Shown in pieces: positions 25,383-39,496 of a stretch of 64,000 nt of DNA. The position numbers were made by a program, and so were the translations under genes. How positions within the stretch are numbered: position 1 is the first letter of the stretch; each line of letters starts with the position of its first letter. Below the pieces are notes generated by a model. That model was not told the origin of the DNA and made no database searches. It saw only the letters and a program-made list of their open reading frames with translations. The stretch covers positions 27,218,001 through 27,282,000 of the forward strand of contig NC_043021.1 of NCBI RefSeq assembly GCF_006345805.1. The letters run 5' to 3'. Source of the stretch: Octopus sinensis (Eukaryota).

Positions 25383-25953
25383 ATTTTAAGCAGCAGAAAA
25401 TTCAACAAAATCTGTTACTCTGAGTTTCTCGTTGCCGTTCATCAGACAGTTTTGGCTAGAATGGAACTGATATATCAATTCAATCTATACTCTTACAAAC
25501 GCTACACCTTTAAAAAGAAATGGACTTGTTTGATTGGCCCTTTAGAAAAAACAGTCAATCTTCGAGCGATAAACAAAAAGGTCAAAAATATATGTATATA
25601 TATATAAAAAACTTATAAAAATTATAAAATCCGAGGAAAAAACCTATTAATTTCTATGCATTAATTTGCACTGTCTTCATTAACGTCAATAGGTTTTTTC
25701 CTCGGATTTTATAATTTTTATAAGTTTTTTATATATATATACATATATTTTTGACCTTTTTGTTTATCGCTCGAAGATTGACCGTTTTTTCTAAAGGGCC
25801 AATCAAACAAGTCCATTTCTTTTTAAAGGTGTAGCGTTTGTAAGAGTATAGATTGAATTGATATATCAGTTCCATTCTAGCAAAAACTGTCTGATGAACG
25901 GCAACGAGAAACTCAGAGTAACAGATTTTGTTGAATTTTCTGCTGCTTAAAAT
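25383..25953. repeat. 571-bp palindrome (266-bp arms, 39-nt spacer), probably an inverted PLE pseudo-LTR
   Basis: Arms 25383-25648 and 25688-25953 are reverse complements with only a few mismatches (2 noted). Each arm carries a hammerhead-like motif; AATAAA and (TA)n follow the right arm. Confidence 0.9.
25881..25930 (+). ncRNA. Type I hammerhead-like ribozyme motif (mirror copy on the minus strand at 25406-25455)
   Basis: Stem I CAAAAACTGT/ACAGATTTTG (9 of 10 bp); core CTGATGA; stem II CG-GCAA-CG with an A.A mismatch at 10.1/11.1; GAAA; near-palindromic stem III ACTCAGAGT; GUA cleavage triplet. Confidence 0.65.
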
Positions 25954-26026
25954 AAAGGATATTACTCTACCACTGGTATTTGAGTACTCTTTTTTCCACC
26001 TTGTTTCACATTTATGTGTTTACTCC

Positions 26027-26078
<52 letters not shown>

Positions 26079-26084
<6 letters not shown>

Positions 26085-26661
26085 TATTGTATAGAGGGCA
26101 TTATTACACATAAATGCCACATGCTAGGAGGGACTCTTAAAGTCATAACTACCAAATATAAACACATTGCACCGAATGCAATTCTCAAAGCGAGTCATTT
26201 AAAAACAGAATTTAGCTCCAGTTCTTGCTGAGGGTGAGGGGACTCAGTCCGCTGCTTCCCGCCTAGGCGCCGTCGTCGTCGACGAACGCGCCGGTGGCAG
26301 CCGCTCGTTCCGTGGGCGGTCGTCTGCCGCCTCGTCGGCGTTCGATTTCCAGGGCGCCAACATCGGACACACTTCCCCTCCGATCCGTCATCGCGACCTG
26401 CTTCCTGTCGGGCCGGCAGGCGCACGGCGACCGTAGGTCACATACGAGCGCCCCGCCACTGCCGCCAGGTATGGCTAACCGACGAAGACGGGCAAACGCA
26501 CCTCGCCCTCAGCAAGAACTGGAGCTAAATTCTGTTTTTAAATGACTCGCTTTGAGAATTGCATTCGGTGCAATGTGTTTATATTTGGTAGTTATGACTT
26601 TAAGAGTCCCTCCTAGTGTGTGGCATTTATGTGTAATAATGCCCTCTATACAATATGATTA
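26079..26661. mobile_element. 583-bp element with 161-bp TIRs and a GC-rich 261-bp interior
   Basis: Arms 26079-26239 and 26501-26661 are near-perfect reverse complements; interior about 68% GC (178 of 260 counted by hand). Confidence 0.8.
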
Positions 26662-26781
26662 AATATTTTCAAAGAAAAAAAAATTAACAGTTTTTTTCTC
26701 TTATGAGGTTTTTCACACTAACTACTCGATAATTTCTTGTTAAGATTTCTTATTAAGATTTTATCCTATTTTTTAAATATA

Positions 26782-29700
26782 TCATCATCATCATCGTTTA
26801 ACGTCCGTTTTCCGCGCTAGCACGGGTTGGACGGTTCGACCGGGGTCTGGGGAGCCAGGGGCTGCCCCAGGCTCCAGTCTGGTCTGGCAGTGTTTCTACA
26901 GCTGGATGCCCTTCCTAACGCCAACCACTCCGCGAGTGTAGTGGGTGCTTTTTATGTGCCACCGGCACCCATTCGAGGCAGGGTTGGCATCGGTCACGTT
27001 CGGATGGTGCTTTTTATGTGCCACCGGCACAGAAGCCAGTGGAGGCTGCACTGGCGACGGCCACGTTCGGATGGTGCTTTTTATGTGTCACCGGCACAGG
27101 TATCACAACTACTACTGTTTCCATTGATATTTGGTTCGATGTTCATGTACATGCACTTGACTCAACAGGTCTCCTCAAGCACAGCGAGATGTTCCGGGAT
27201 CCCGCGATCGGTTGGTGCTTTTTATGTGCCACCGGCACAGAAGCCAGTCGGCACGGTGCTGGCATCGGCCATGTTCGGATGTTGCTTTATATGTGTCACC
27301 GGCACAGGTATCACAACTGTTTCCATTGATATTTGGTTCGATGTTCATGTGCCACCGGCACAGGAGCCATTCGAGGCGGGGTTGGCATCGGTCATGTTCG
27401 GATGGAGCTTTTTATGTGCCACCGGCACAGAAGCCAGTGGAGGCTGCACAGGCGACGGCCACGATCAGATGGTGCTTTCTATGTGTCACCGGCACAGGTA
27501 TCACAACTACTATTTCCATTGATATTTGGTTCGATGTTCATGTATATGCGCTTGACTCAACAGGTCTCCTCAAGCACAGCGAGATGTTCCGGGATCCAAG
27601 GTACTTTGGATGGGCAGGGGGTATGCGGAACTGGTGCCGGGAGCATCCCGGGTCTTAGTAGTCACAGCACATCTCCAGAGGTCTCGGTCCTTTGCCATTG
27701 CCTCAGTGAGGCCCAACGCTCTGAGGTCATGCTTGACTACCTCATCTCATGTCTTCCTGGGTCTACCTCTCCCCCTGATTCCTTCAACTGTTCAGGAGTG
27801 GCACTTCTTCACACATCTCTCCTCATCCATCCGCAGTACATTACCATACCATCGCAAGCGTCGCTCTTGCACACCACATCTGATGCTTCTTATGCCTAGC
27901 ATTTCTCTCAGGGTGCTTACACTCTGTCGTGCATTCACACTGACATTACACATCCAGCGGATCATGCTAGCTTCATTTCTTTCAAGTCTACGCATGTCCT
28001 CTGCAGTCACGGCCCATGTTTCACTGCCGTGAAGCATGGCAGTTCGCACACATGCATCATACAATCTACCTTTCACTCTGAGTGAGAGACCCTTTGTCGC
28101 CAGTAGGGGTAGGAGCTTTCTAAACTTTGCCCAGGCTATTCGTATTCTAGTGGTGACACTCTCTGAGCATCCACCCCCACTACTAACTTGGTCACCCAGG
28201 TAGTGGAAACTATCAACTACTTCTAGTTTATCCCCCTGGAGTGTGATGGAATCTGTTTTTTGAGTGTCTGTGGTGTCTATTGTCCCTGTGCATCTGCCGC
28301 ACATGAAAGCTATCTTATCAGTTAATTTCCCTTTGATGTTGCTGCACCTCTTATGCGTCCATAGCTTACACTGGGTGCATCTTATGGAGTTTCTACCTAC
28401 ACCTTTCCTACAGCTTGAGCAGGGCCACCTGCCCGATGGGGGGTGTACTGAGTTCGCCTTCCTGCATACTATAACTTTGGTCTTCGCTACATTTACTCTA
28501 AGGCCCTTAGATTCTAACCCTTGTTTCCACATCCGAAATTTCTTTTTTAGTTCTGGTAGTGATTCTGCTATGAGGGCCAGGTCATCAGCATAGAGGAGCT
28601 CCCAGGGGCAACCTGTTTTGAATTCCTCTGTTATTGCCTGGAGGACTATGATGAATAAAAGGGGACTGAGGGCTGAGCCCTGATGTACACCTACTTCTAC
28701 CCGGAATTCTTCACTATATTCGTTGCCAATCCTAACCTTGCTGACAGCCTCTCTGTATAGAGCCTGTACAGCCCTTATTAGCCATTCATCAATCAACAGT
28801 TTCCGCATCGACCACCAGATAAGGGATCGGGGAACCCTGTCAAAGGCTTTCTCCAAGTCCACAAAAGCTATGTAGAGGGGTTTATCTTTAGCTAGGTACT
28901 TCCAAGCAGTTGTCGGACCAGGAATATAGCATCAGTGGTGCTTCTACCCGACACAAAACCGAACTGCATCTCATCTAAGCAAATTCTCTCCCTAATGAGA
29001 TGGGTTATGACCCTCTCTGTGGTCTTCATCACCTGATCCAACAGTTTAATACCCCTGTAATTATTTCTATCTAGAGCATCGCCCTTACCCTTGTAGCAGT
29101 TGACAATGGTGCTGCTACGCCAGTCATTGGGTATGACTCCATTATGAACTACCTGGTTAACAATATGGGTGACTAGGCCATAGCCCGCATAACCAGCTGT
29201 TTTAAGCATCTCAGCAGTGATTCATGATGGGCCGGGGGCTTTACCCGGTTTCATATCCTTAATTGCTTTATCTACTAGGGAGCCGTCTATTCGGATAGCT
29301 GGTCCCTCTACTGGGTCAACATTTGGCAGGCTCTTCTCCTCCCATTCATTCTCCACATTCAGCAGTCTTTCATAATGGCTTCTCCAAGCCTCTTTTCACC
29401 AACAATAAAAGCAAGTGCCCCATCATCCATGCGGACACATTTCTCTCCTGTAACATCACTATTTTCTCTCACACACTGTCTAGCAATACGAAATACCTCA
29501 GTTCTTTGGTCCTCACGTCGCTGGACATTGGCAAACTTCTTCTTTTCTGCTATATCATTGGCTATGTATACCTGCCGCCCGGCCTCCCTTTTGGCTACTT
29601 GGTACGGTTCCCTGCTACCCCCATCCCTCCAGGCTCTCCAGGCCTGTTTCTTAGAACTAATAACTTTGTCTACTGCACTATTCCACCACCACGTAACTCT

Positions 29701-29985
29701 AGGTCTGGAAGGAACTTTGCACCATCCACAGACTTGGTCTGTGGCACTCAGCAAGCTACCTTCTATGTCCGACGTCTGTAGCTCCTCCTCCCTCTCATCA
29801 AATTTCTTGATGAGGATGTCCCTAAATCTCTGACCATGTGAAGGGTTCTTTAGCTTCCAAATCTTTCTTTTCTGGATTGGTCTGTGTCTTGGAGTCCTTC
29901 TGGCCTCAAGCCTAAAGTCACTAATTATTAGCCTATGCGGAGGAATACACTCTTCACCCGGGAGGGTCTTTGTATTTAAGAGCGA
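26782..29985 (-). mobile_element. 5'-truncated RTE-clade LINE (RT domain plus repetitive 3' UTR and (GAT)n tail)
   Basis: ORFs with NYRGIKLL, QFGFVSGRSTTDAIF, DLEKAFDRV, GVHQGSALSP, YADD and the RTE-type C-terminus RLRWYG.VLRM; frameshifted. Confidence 0.9.
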
Positions 29986-29993
29986 CCCTCTTA

Positions 29994-30082
29994 TATGTAC
30001 ATATATATATATATATATATATGTACATATATATATATATATATATATGTACATATATATATATTATATATATATATATATA

Positions 30083-30154
<72 letters not shown>

Positions 30155-30229
30155 TATATATATATATATATATATGTACATATATATAATATATATATAT
30201 ATGTACATATATATATATATATATATATA

Positions 30230-30272
<43 letters not shown>

Positions 30273-30275
30273 ACA

Positions 30276-30343
<68 letters not shown>

Positions 30344-30352
30344 TATATATAT
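29994..30352. repeat. (TA)n microsatellite with interspersed GTAC
   Basis: Direct reading of the sequence. Confidence 0.95.
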
Positions 30353-32279
30353 ACTAGCAGTATCGCCCGGCGTTGCTCGGGTTTGTAAGGGAAATAACTA
30401 TATAAGCATTTTTAGAGAGTTATAGCCAAAAAATAGCAAAAAATGCATTAAAATGGAAAAAATATGATGGTAAATTTTTTTTTAAATCGTTGACTCATCG
30501 TAGACATTTTTAGAGAGTTACTTCCCTTATATAATAGCGAAAAAATGCATTAAAATGGAAAAAAAAAACGATGGTAAATTTTTTTTTAAATTGTAGACTC
30601 ATGTAGACGCTTTCTTAGCCATTTCTGTTTTGGTGTCTTCAAGCCATGAAGTCGTTGTTCTAAAAGAACACTGGTCTCCTTGACAACGCATTACGACGTT
30701 GATTTCCTTACACTCCCTTCCCCACAGGTGCAGGTGTGAGCGTGGACGCCAACTCCGCCGCCATCGACACAAAAAATTATGCATTAAAATGGAATAAAAA
30801 ATGATGTTAAATTTTTTTAAAATCGTAGACTCATCGTAGAGCGCGCTAATATTCAGACGGGCTCGATATGAATCACGACTATAAGCTACCCGAATTTGGT
30901 TAAACTGTACCGCAAAATGTGTGGGAGTAGTTAGGAATCTAAATCGAAGGGGACAGACACTCACACAACTACATTTATATATATAGATATACATAGCGCA
31001 GTAGTGGTGAGATATGACAGCAAAGAAAAGCATACATTCACTCTCTGCATGCAATTAGACTCGGAAAGTTCGTGAGGAAACCATTGACCCAATTTGCTGA
31101 CTTTTCCGATAGCACACAGGTGTCAATGAATGGTTGAATGACCAAATCCAAGCTTCTCTGCTAGTTCCTCAACAGTACGATGATATTTTGTTCCACCAGG
31201 GTTTTCAGGATGTCCTTGTCGAGTTCTACAGATCTTTCAGGATGAGGCTCGTCTTCTAGGCTGTAGTTTATGGCTCGGGATTTCTGGAACCACCATTGAC
31301 ACTGCCTTACGCTTATTGTCCAATCCCCATATACTGCATTAATATTTCTTGTACTTTGCACACATTTATATTCTGTTATTCTTTTATATGTTTCAGCCTT
31401 GAGGTTGTGGCCATGCTGGATCATGTGTGTGTGTGTGTGTCTATCTGTCTGTCTGTCTGTATGTATATATGTATATGTATGTGTGTGAACAATAATATTT
31501 TCAACAGATGTGTTGCAAATGTATCTGATTGTTCTCAAGCTTCAATACTGTGTGTGTGTGTATGTATGTATGTATATGTATGTATGTATGTATATGTATG
31601 TATGTATGTGTGTATGTATGTATGTGTGTGTGTATGTATGTGTGTGTGTATGTGTGTGTGTGTGTATGTATGTATGTATATGTATGTATGTATGTATATG
31701 TATGTATGTATGTATGTGTGTATGTATGTATGTGTGTGTGTATGTGTGTGTGTATGTATGTATGTATGTATGTGTGTGTGTATGTATGTATGTATGTATG
31801 TATGTATGTATGTATGTATGTATGTATGTATGAGTGTATGTTTACTTTATTACTAATTACTCTCTTCCAAGAACATTTTCACTCACTCTTAGCTCTTAGC
31901 TTCCCATACATTTTACTCATGTATCTATCAGCGTCATAGACAGAATACTTTCACTTTAGTCTTCCTCAAATCACTCTGTCGCTATTACTTTCATTTTATT
32001 CGTTGCCCACTGTGTGTGTGCGTTTGCGTGTGGTGTAAACCAGACTAAGAAAAGCATTTGACACACACACCAGAATGTGAGTTTTCTGTAAATTTTGCTT
32101 ATTGGAGTTTAAATTTTAAAAACTGGACCTGGCATGACGCGATGCATTGTACTCTCAAAAACGCTAGGTAAATTGTAATTGAAGAAATCCTATATTGTAG
32201 ATTTGTATAACTCCCAAGGGAGGCAGATAAAATCTGCCTTTTATAATAAGAGATATATATATATGTACATATATATATA

Positions 32280-32341
<62 letters not shown>

Positions 32342-33184
32342 TATATATCTCTTATTATATATATATGTACATATATATATCTCTTATTATAAAAGGCAGA
32401 TTTATCTGCCTCCCTTTGGGAGTTATACAAATCTACAATATAGGATTTCTTCAATTACAATTTACCTAGCGTTTTTGAGAGTACAATGCATCGCGTCATG
32501 CCAGGTCCAGTTTTTAAAATTTAAACTCCAATTAAGCAAAATTTACAGAAAACTCACATTCTGGTGTGTGTGTCAATGCTTTTCTTAGTCTGGTTTACAC
32601 CACACGCAAACGCACACACACAGTGGGCAACGAATAAAATGAAAGTAAATAGCGACAGAGTGATTTGAGGAAGACTAAAGTGAAAGTATTCTGTCTATGA
32701 CGCTGATAGATACATGAGTAAAATGTATGGGGAGCTAAGAGTGAGTGAAAATGTTCTTGGAAGAGAGTAATTAGTAATAAAGTAAACATACACTCATACA
32801 TACATACATACATACATACATACATACATACATACATACATACATACATACATACATACATACACACACACATACATACATACATACATACACACACACA
32901 TACACACACACATACATACATACACACATACATACATACATACATATACATACATACATACAATATACATACATACATACACACACACACATACACACAC
33001 ACACAGTATTGAAGCTTGAGAACAATCAGATACATTTGCAACACATCTGTTGAAAAAATATTATTGTTCACACACACACATATACAATATAACATACATA
33101 CAGACAGACAGATAGACACACACACACACCACACACACACACATGATCCAGCATGGCCACAACCTCAAGGCTGAAACATATAAA

Positions 33185-33560
33185 AGAATAACAGAATATA
33201 AATGTGTGCAAAGTACAAGAAATATTAATGCAGTATATGGGGATTGGACAATAAGCGTAAGGCAGTGTCAATGGTGGTTCCAGAAATCCCGAGCCATAAA
33301 CTACAGCCTAGAAGACGAGCCTCATCCTGAAAGATCTGTAGAACTCGACAAGGACATCCTGAAAACCCTGGTGGAACAAAATATCATCGTAACTGTTGAG
33401 GAACTAGCAGAGAAGCTTGGATTTGGTCATTCAACCATTCATTGACACCTGTGTGCTATCGGAAAAGTCAGCAAATTGGGTCAATGGGTTCCTCACGAAC
33501 TTTCCGAGTCTAATTGCATGCAGAGAGTGAATGTATGCTTTTCTTTGCTGTCATATCTCA
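33185..33560 (+). mobile_element. Mariner transposase N-terminal fragment (mirror copy at about 31010-31390, minus strand)
   Basis: RNINAVYGD..ISVRQCQWWFQK...YSLEDEP...TVEELAEKLGFGHSTIH*HL..IGKVSKLGQWVPHEL (WVPHEL is the mariner hallmark). Confidence 0.85.
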
Positions 33561-33580
33561 CCACTACTGCGCTATGTATA

Positions 33581-34213
33581 TCTATATATATAAAACTGTA
33601 GTTGTGTGAGTGTCTGTCCCCTTCGATTTAGATTCCTAACTACTCCCACATTTTGCGGTACAGTTTAACCAAATTCGGGTAGCTTATAGTCATGATTCAT
33701 ATCGAGCCCGTCTGAATATTAGCGCGCGTCTACGATGAGTCTACGATTTTAAAAATAATTTAACATCATTTTTTATTCCATTTTAATGCATAATTTTTTG
33801 TGTGTCGATGGCGGCGGAGTTGGCGTCCACGCTCACACCTGCACCTGTGGGGAAGGGAGTGTAAGGAAATCAACGTCGTAATGCGTTGTCAAGGAGACCA
33901 GTGTTCTTTTAGAACAACGACTTCATGGCTTGAAGACACCAAAACAGAAATGGCTAAGAAAGCGTCTACATGAGTCTACAATTTAAAAAAAAATTTACCA
34001 TCGTTTTTTTTCCATTTTAATGCATTTTTTCGCTATTATATAAGGGAAGTAACTCTCTAAAAATGTCTACGATGAGTCAACGATTTAAAAAAAAATTTAC
34101 CATCATAATTTTTCCATTTTAATGCATTTTTGCTATTTTTTGGCTATAACTCTCTAAAAATGCTTATATAGTTATTTCCCTTACAACCCGAGCAACGCCG
34201 GGCGATATGCTAG
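33581..34213 (+). mobile_element. Non-autonomous Helitron (mirror copy on the minus strand at 30354-30987)
   Basis: Starts A|TCTATATATATAAA and ends with the CCCGAGCAACGCCGGG hairpin followed by CTAG|T; no TSD. Confidence 0.8.
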
Positions 34214-34498
34214 TATATATATATGTACATATATATATATATATATGTACATATAATATATATATATATGTATATATATAGATATATATATATAATATAT
34301 AATATATATATGTATATATATGTATATATATATATGTATATATATATATGTATAATATATATATGTATATATAGTATGTTATATGTATCTGTATATATAT
34401 ATATATATAGATATATATATATATATATATATAGAATATATACAAAATATATATATATATACATATATGTATATATAATATAATATATTGTACAATAT

Positions 34499-34530
<32 letters not shown>

Positions 34531-34905
34531 ATATATATATATAGTATATATATATGTATATATATATGTATATATATATTATGTATATATATATATTATA
34601 TATATATGTATATAATAGATATATATATATATATAAGTATATATATATATATATATGTATATTAATAGATATATGTATATATATATATTATGTACTATTA
34701 ATATATATATGTACATATATTATATATATATGTACATATATATATAGATAGTGTAATATATAATAGATATATGTACATATATATAATATATATATATATC
34801 GGTCATATTATACATAGATATATATATATATATATATGTACATATACATATATATATATATATAGATATATATGTACATATATACATATATATATATATA
34901 TGTAC

Positions 34906-34936
<31 letters not shown>

Positions 34937-35107
34937 CATATATACATATATATATATATATGTACATATATACATATATATATATATATATATATGTACA
35001 TATATACATAATATTATATATATGTACATATATAATATATATGTACATATATACATATATATATATATATGTACATATATACATATATTATATATATATA
35101 TATGTAC

Positions 35108-35138
<31 letters not shown>

Positions 35139-35763
35139 CATATATATATATATATATATATGTACATATATACATATTATATATATTATGTACATTATAT
35201 ATATATATATGTACATATAATATATATAGATATGTATATATATATATATATATATCTGTACATTATATATATTATATATAGATATGATGTATATATATAT
35301 GATGTAATATATATATGTATATATATATAATATAGATATATATATATATATATCTAGATATGTAATATATATATATATATGTATATATATAGATATATGT
35401 ACATATATATATATATGTACATATATATATATATATATGACATATATATATATATATGTACATATATATATATATTTATTATATATATATGTACATATAT
35501 ATATATATATGTACATATATATAATATATATATGTACCATATAATATATATATATATATATGATATAGTACATATACATAATATATTATATATATATATA
35601 TGTACATATTACATATATATATATATATGTACATATATACATATATATATATATATATATATGTACATATATACATATATATATATATGTCATTATATAA
35701 TATATATATATATATATATGTACATACATATACATATATATAATATATGTACATATATACATA

Positions 35764-35800
<37 letters not shown>

Positions 35801-35804
35801 GTAC

Positions 35805-35856
<52 letters not shown>

Positions 35857-35990
35857 GTACATATATACATATATATATATATGTACATATATACATATAT
35901 ATATATATAATGTACATATATATATATATACATATAAATATATATATATATAAATATATATATATATTTATGTGTGTGACACCGAAAGAA
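34214..35990. repeat. About 1.8-kb degenerate (TA)n / TATGTACATA microsatellite block
   Basis: Direct reading; source of the spurious YIYI ORFs. Confidence 0.95.
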
Positions 35991-36325
35991 GCCCATTGTG
36001 TATATATATATATATGTATGTATTATTTGTTTGTGCCTGTTTGTCCTCCCCACCATTGCTTGACAACCAATGTTGGTGTGTTTACATCCCTGTTACTTAG
36101 CAGCTCGGCAAAAGAGACTAATAAAATAAGTACTAGGCTTACAAAGAATAAGTCCTGGGGTCGATTTGTTTGACTTAAACCCCTTAAAGTAGTGGTCTAG
36201 CATAGGCACAGTTAGATGGTTGAAACAAGTAAAAGATATATATATTATTTTATATATATATATATATATATATAATATATTGTTGTATTTACTTGTTTCT
36301 GTCATTGGACTGTGGCCATGCTGGA

Positions 36326-36383
<58 letters not shown>

Positions 36384-39300
36384 AACAGATTTCTTTAAGT
36401 GTCTGTCCACCTGATCCACTCACAAAGCTTTGATTGGCTTGGGGCTATAGTTGAAGATACTTGCTCGAGGTGTCATACAGTGAGACTGAGCATAACGCCA
36501 TGTGGTTAGGAGGCAAGTCTCCTACTACTCAACCATGCTTTTGTGTGTGTGTGTGTAGCCCCTATCAGGGGCCCAGTTAAGGGGTTCTCAGCATGTTACA
36601 GAATTGCCTCCAGTAGAAGGTCACTCACAGACACTCTTGCAGACCCAGGATGGCTCTTTAGCTTCTTGTCTATTCGGAGGCAACTCCATACAAATCCCTG
36701 CATCATGATAACTGTAGGGCTTGTGGTAATTGTTACTCCAGACTAATACAAGTTTGAAGGACAAGACATGGGTCTTCACAAATGATGCCCTCTATAATAA
36801 TATCCATTGTGTTGGGTGTTCAGTAAACCAGGACGCCAGCACCCTGGTGACAGGGACAGAGGTGATGGGGAAACAGGTCAAAGATACTACTGTAAGATTT
36901 TGTCTTTGATGCTGCACACATGTGGCCATAGGGTGATGGATGTTTGCAGTTGTTTTGCTGAATCCTCATTTGTCAAAGTGATGAGAGAGTCTGGTGGTAT
37001 GAGAAACCTGGCCCCTTGCTGTACTCAAGAAGACCTGCACTCAGCAGTAGAAGTGTTAAGATTGGTCCTTCTGGTGGGGTAACACGTAAAAGTACCAGTG
37101 TGGTAAAAGCCATGTAAAAGCAACCAGCACACTCTGTAAGTGGTTGGTGTTAGGGTTGGGGTATTCAGCCATGGAAACCATGCCAAATCAGATTGGAGTC
37201 TGGTGTAGCCCCCCCCCCCCCCAGCTTGCCAGCTCTGGCCAAACCATCCAACCCATGCCAGCATGGACAACGGATGTGAAATGATGAAGATGATGCTAAA
37301 TAATGTGTGTGTGTGTGTGTGTATTTCATGCACAATGCAGCATCACTCAGAAACACTGAAATAAATTTCAATTTTAGTTTTAGGAAGCCTTAACTCAAAT
37401 AATAAGAGTGTGAATCCATTCCTTCTGTACTTGTGGAGGGCTGTAGTAGAAGAGACTTGTCCAAGGTGCCATGCAGTGGGACTGAACCCAGAACCAAGTG
37501 CTTGGTATGCAAGATTCTTAAGCACACAGCCACACCTGCACCTAATATTTAAGTTCCTTTAAACACACACACACACATATCTAGTGCTGGTGTCATGATA
37601 AAACGATCCCTATAAACTCTGTATGGCGGATAGTGTTTGAGAGGGCATCATTCTACATAATGCTGATTGTGAGAGAAAGGTGGTGGTGGTGGTTGGCGGA
37701 GGGTGGGTTAAAGAGAAAGACCTCTTCCAGGACTTGACTTATTTGACATTAGTCAGTTAATATATTTCTTTATTGCCCACAAGGGGCTAAACACAGAGAG
37801 GACAAACAAGGACAGACAAATGGATTAAGTCGATTACATCGACCCCAGTGCGAAACTGGTACTTAATTTATCGACCCCGAAAGGTTGAAAGGCAAAGTCG
37901 ACCTCGGCGGAATTTGAACTCCAAGGAAGGAGACCATGGGTTGCCTGGTTTCTTACTTCAGTATGACTAGCCTTCACTTGCTAACAATCATGGCTTCATT
38001 GCTTGTACCATGCTTTTGCTAATTATTTTAGGTGCCTGTGTAGTCCCAAGTAGAAACAGACCTCCTTGCCTTTGACCCATCTGGACATTGTTGAACATAT
38101 TCATTTTCAACATGTTCCAGTCGATCTCTTCATCTCATCTTCTTCACCCATTTAATTTGGTATCAATCTCTCCTGGATTGAATCTGGGCGAAAGAGCGAG
38201 GGCTGTGCAAGCACTGGACTCCCTTCATCTGTGTAACCTGTCATTGTTGGCATCAGCTTATATCCCCGTAGTTATTCTCTATAGAGTGACTGAGCCTCTT
38301 CATCATGATGGGCACAAAAAGGTGCTGGTGTCTGAGGTCACTGTTCAGGCCAGGGGTGGTATAGAAGAATTGGGGTGCATTTATTGCAGGAGAGCGTTGG
38401 CAGGGGATAAGGAAGGGCAAGTCACTCTTTGCGTCTTCGATGTCTGATCTCTGCCTCTTGATGTCTATTGTTTTCCTTCTGGTCCATTCCCTTGATGACA
38501 ACACATCATTGTAACTTGTAGCAACATGAAATGAAGTGCCTTGTGCAAGAGCAGAGTGTGCAGGCACTCAGTCTAGGAATCGAACCTCTAATTGTATAAT
38601 CATGAGCTGAGCACTCTAACCACTAGACCATGCTCGTATGGGAAATGTTAAACCTCTTGTAGATTAGCTTTCTGTCCAGGGAGGGATTTATCTTTCATCT
38701 GCTTGGCATCATGTCATTGTTATGTTATTCGCTGCTGATCTTTCATGGAAACATCAAACATGTCAGGGCCAGGGGAAATATTACCTGACTTGGAGACAAG
38801 TGAAGGTTGGCAGCAGGAAGAACATCCAGCTGTAGAAACTCTGCCTTGATAAATTCTGTCTGACCCAGGCAAAGATGGCAATGTGGACATAGAAAAAACA
38901 GGCTCTAGTTAAGCTTAAGAGTGAAATGTATGTAATGAGAAACCAAGTTATATCACCTGAAGAGATGCTTCTGCAGGGAACGTTGGAATTCCCTGTAGAG
39001 TTTCCTACCCATCAGGGAATAGTGTGGGCTGTGTTGAAATGACTGTTGTGATAAATAAAGTTTCCAGTATCTTCTATTTTCTGTATCGACTAAAGGTGGT
39101 GCTCCAGCATGGCTACAGTCAAATGACTGAAACAAGTAAAAGAGTTGACTTTGCCTTTCATCTGTTTGGGGGTCAATAAAATAAATATCTGGTGAGGAGT
39201 GGAGGTCATGTAGCCAACTAGTTTCTGTCTCTAAAATTTCTACCCTTGTAGCAAAATTTGAAACGCTCACTTTCAACGGTGGCCATCTGGCAGAATCATT

Positions 39301-39496
39301 AGTAGATTGGACAAAGATGCTTAGTGGAGTTTCTTCTCTCACCTAGGTCAACTTTTCATTTTGTCTTTTGACAATCAATGAAATAAATACTAGTTGAGCA
39401 CTTATTTCAATGTAATTGGCAAGTCCCCTCCACTACCAAAAATTTCAGGCTTTGTGTTAATAGTACAAATAATTATTTATATTATTTTTTTTTCAG

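Larger units (their letters stand above)
30354..34213. repeat. 3.9-kb inverted duplication: arms 30354-32253 and 32380-34213 around a (TA)n centre
   Basis: The arms are reverse complements throughout, differing mainly by single-base indels and microsatellite length. Confidence 0.92.

Noticed and set aside
29954-36173. Many long ORFs of YIYI, CVCM or MYVC composition
   Set aside because: Translations of (TA)n, (TG)n and (TGTA)n microsatellites; not genes.
36600-37080. Possible degraded RT fragment on the minus strand
   Set aside because: Only faint similarity; no continuous motif series could be supported.
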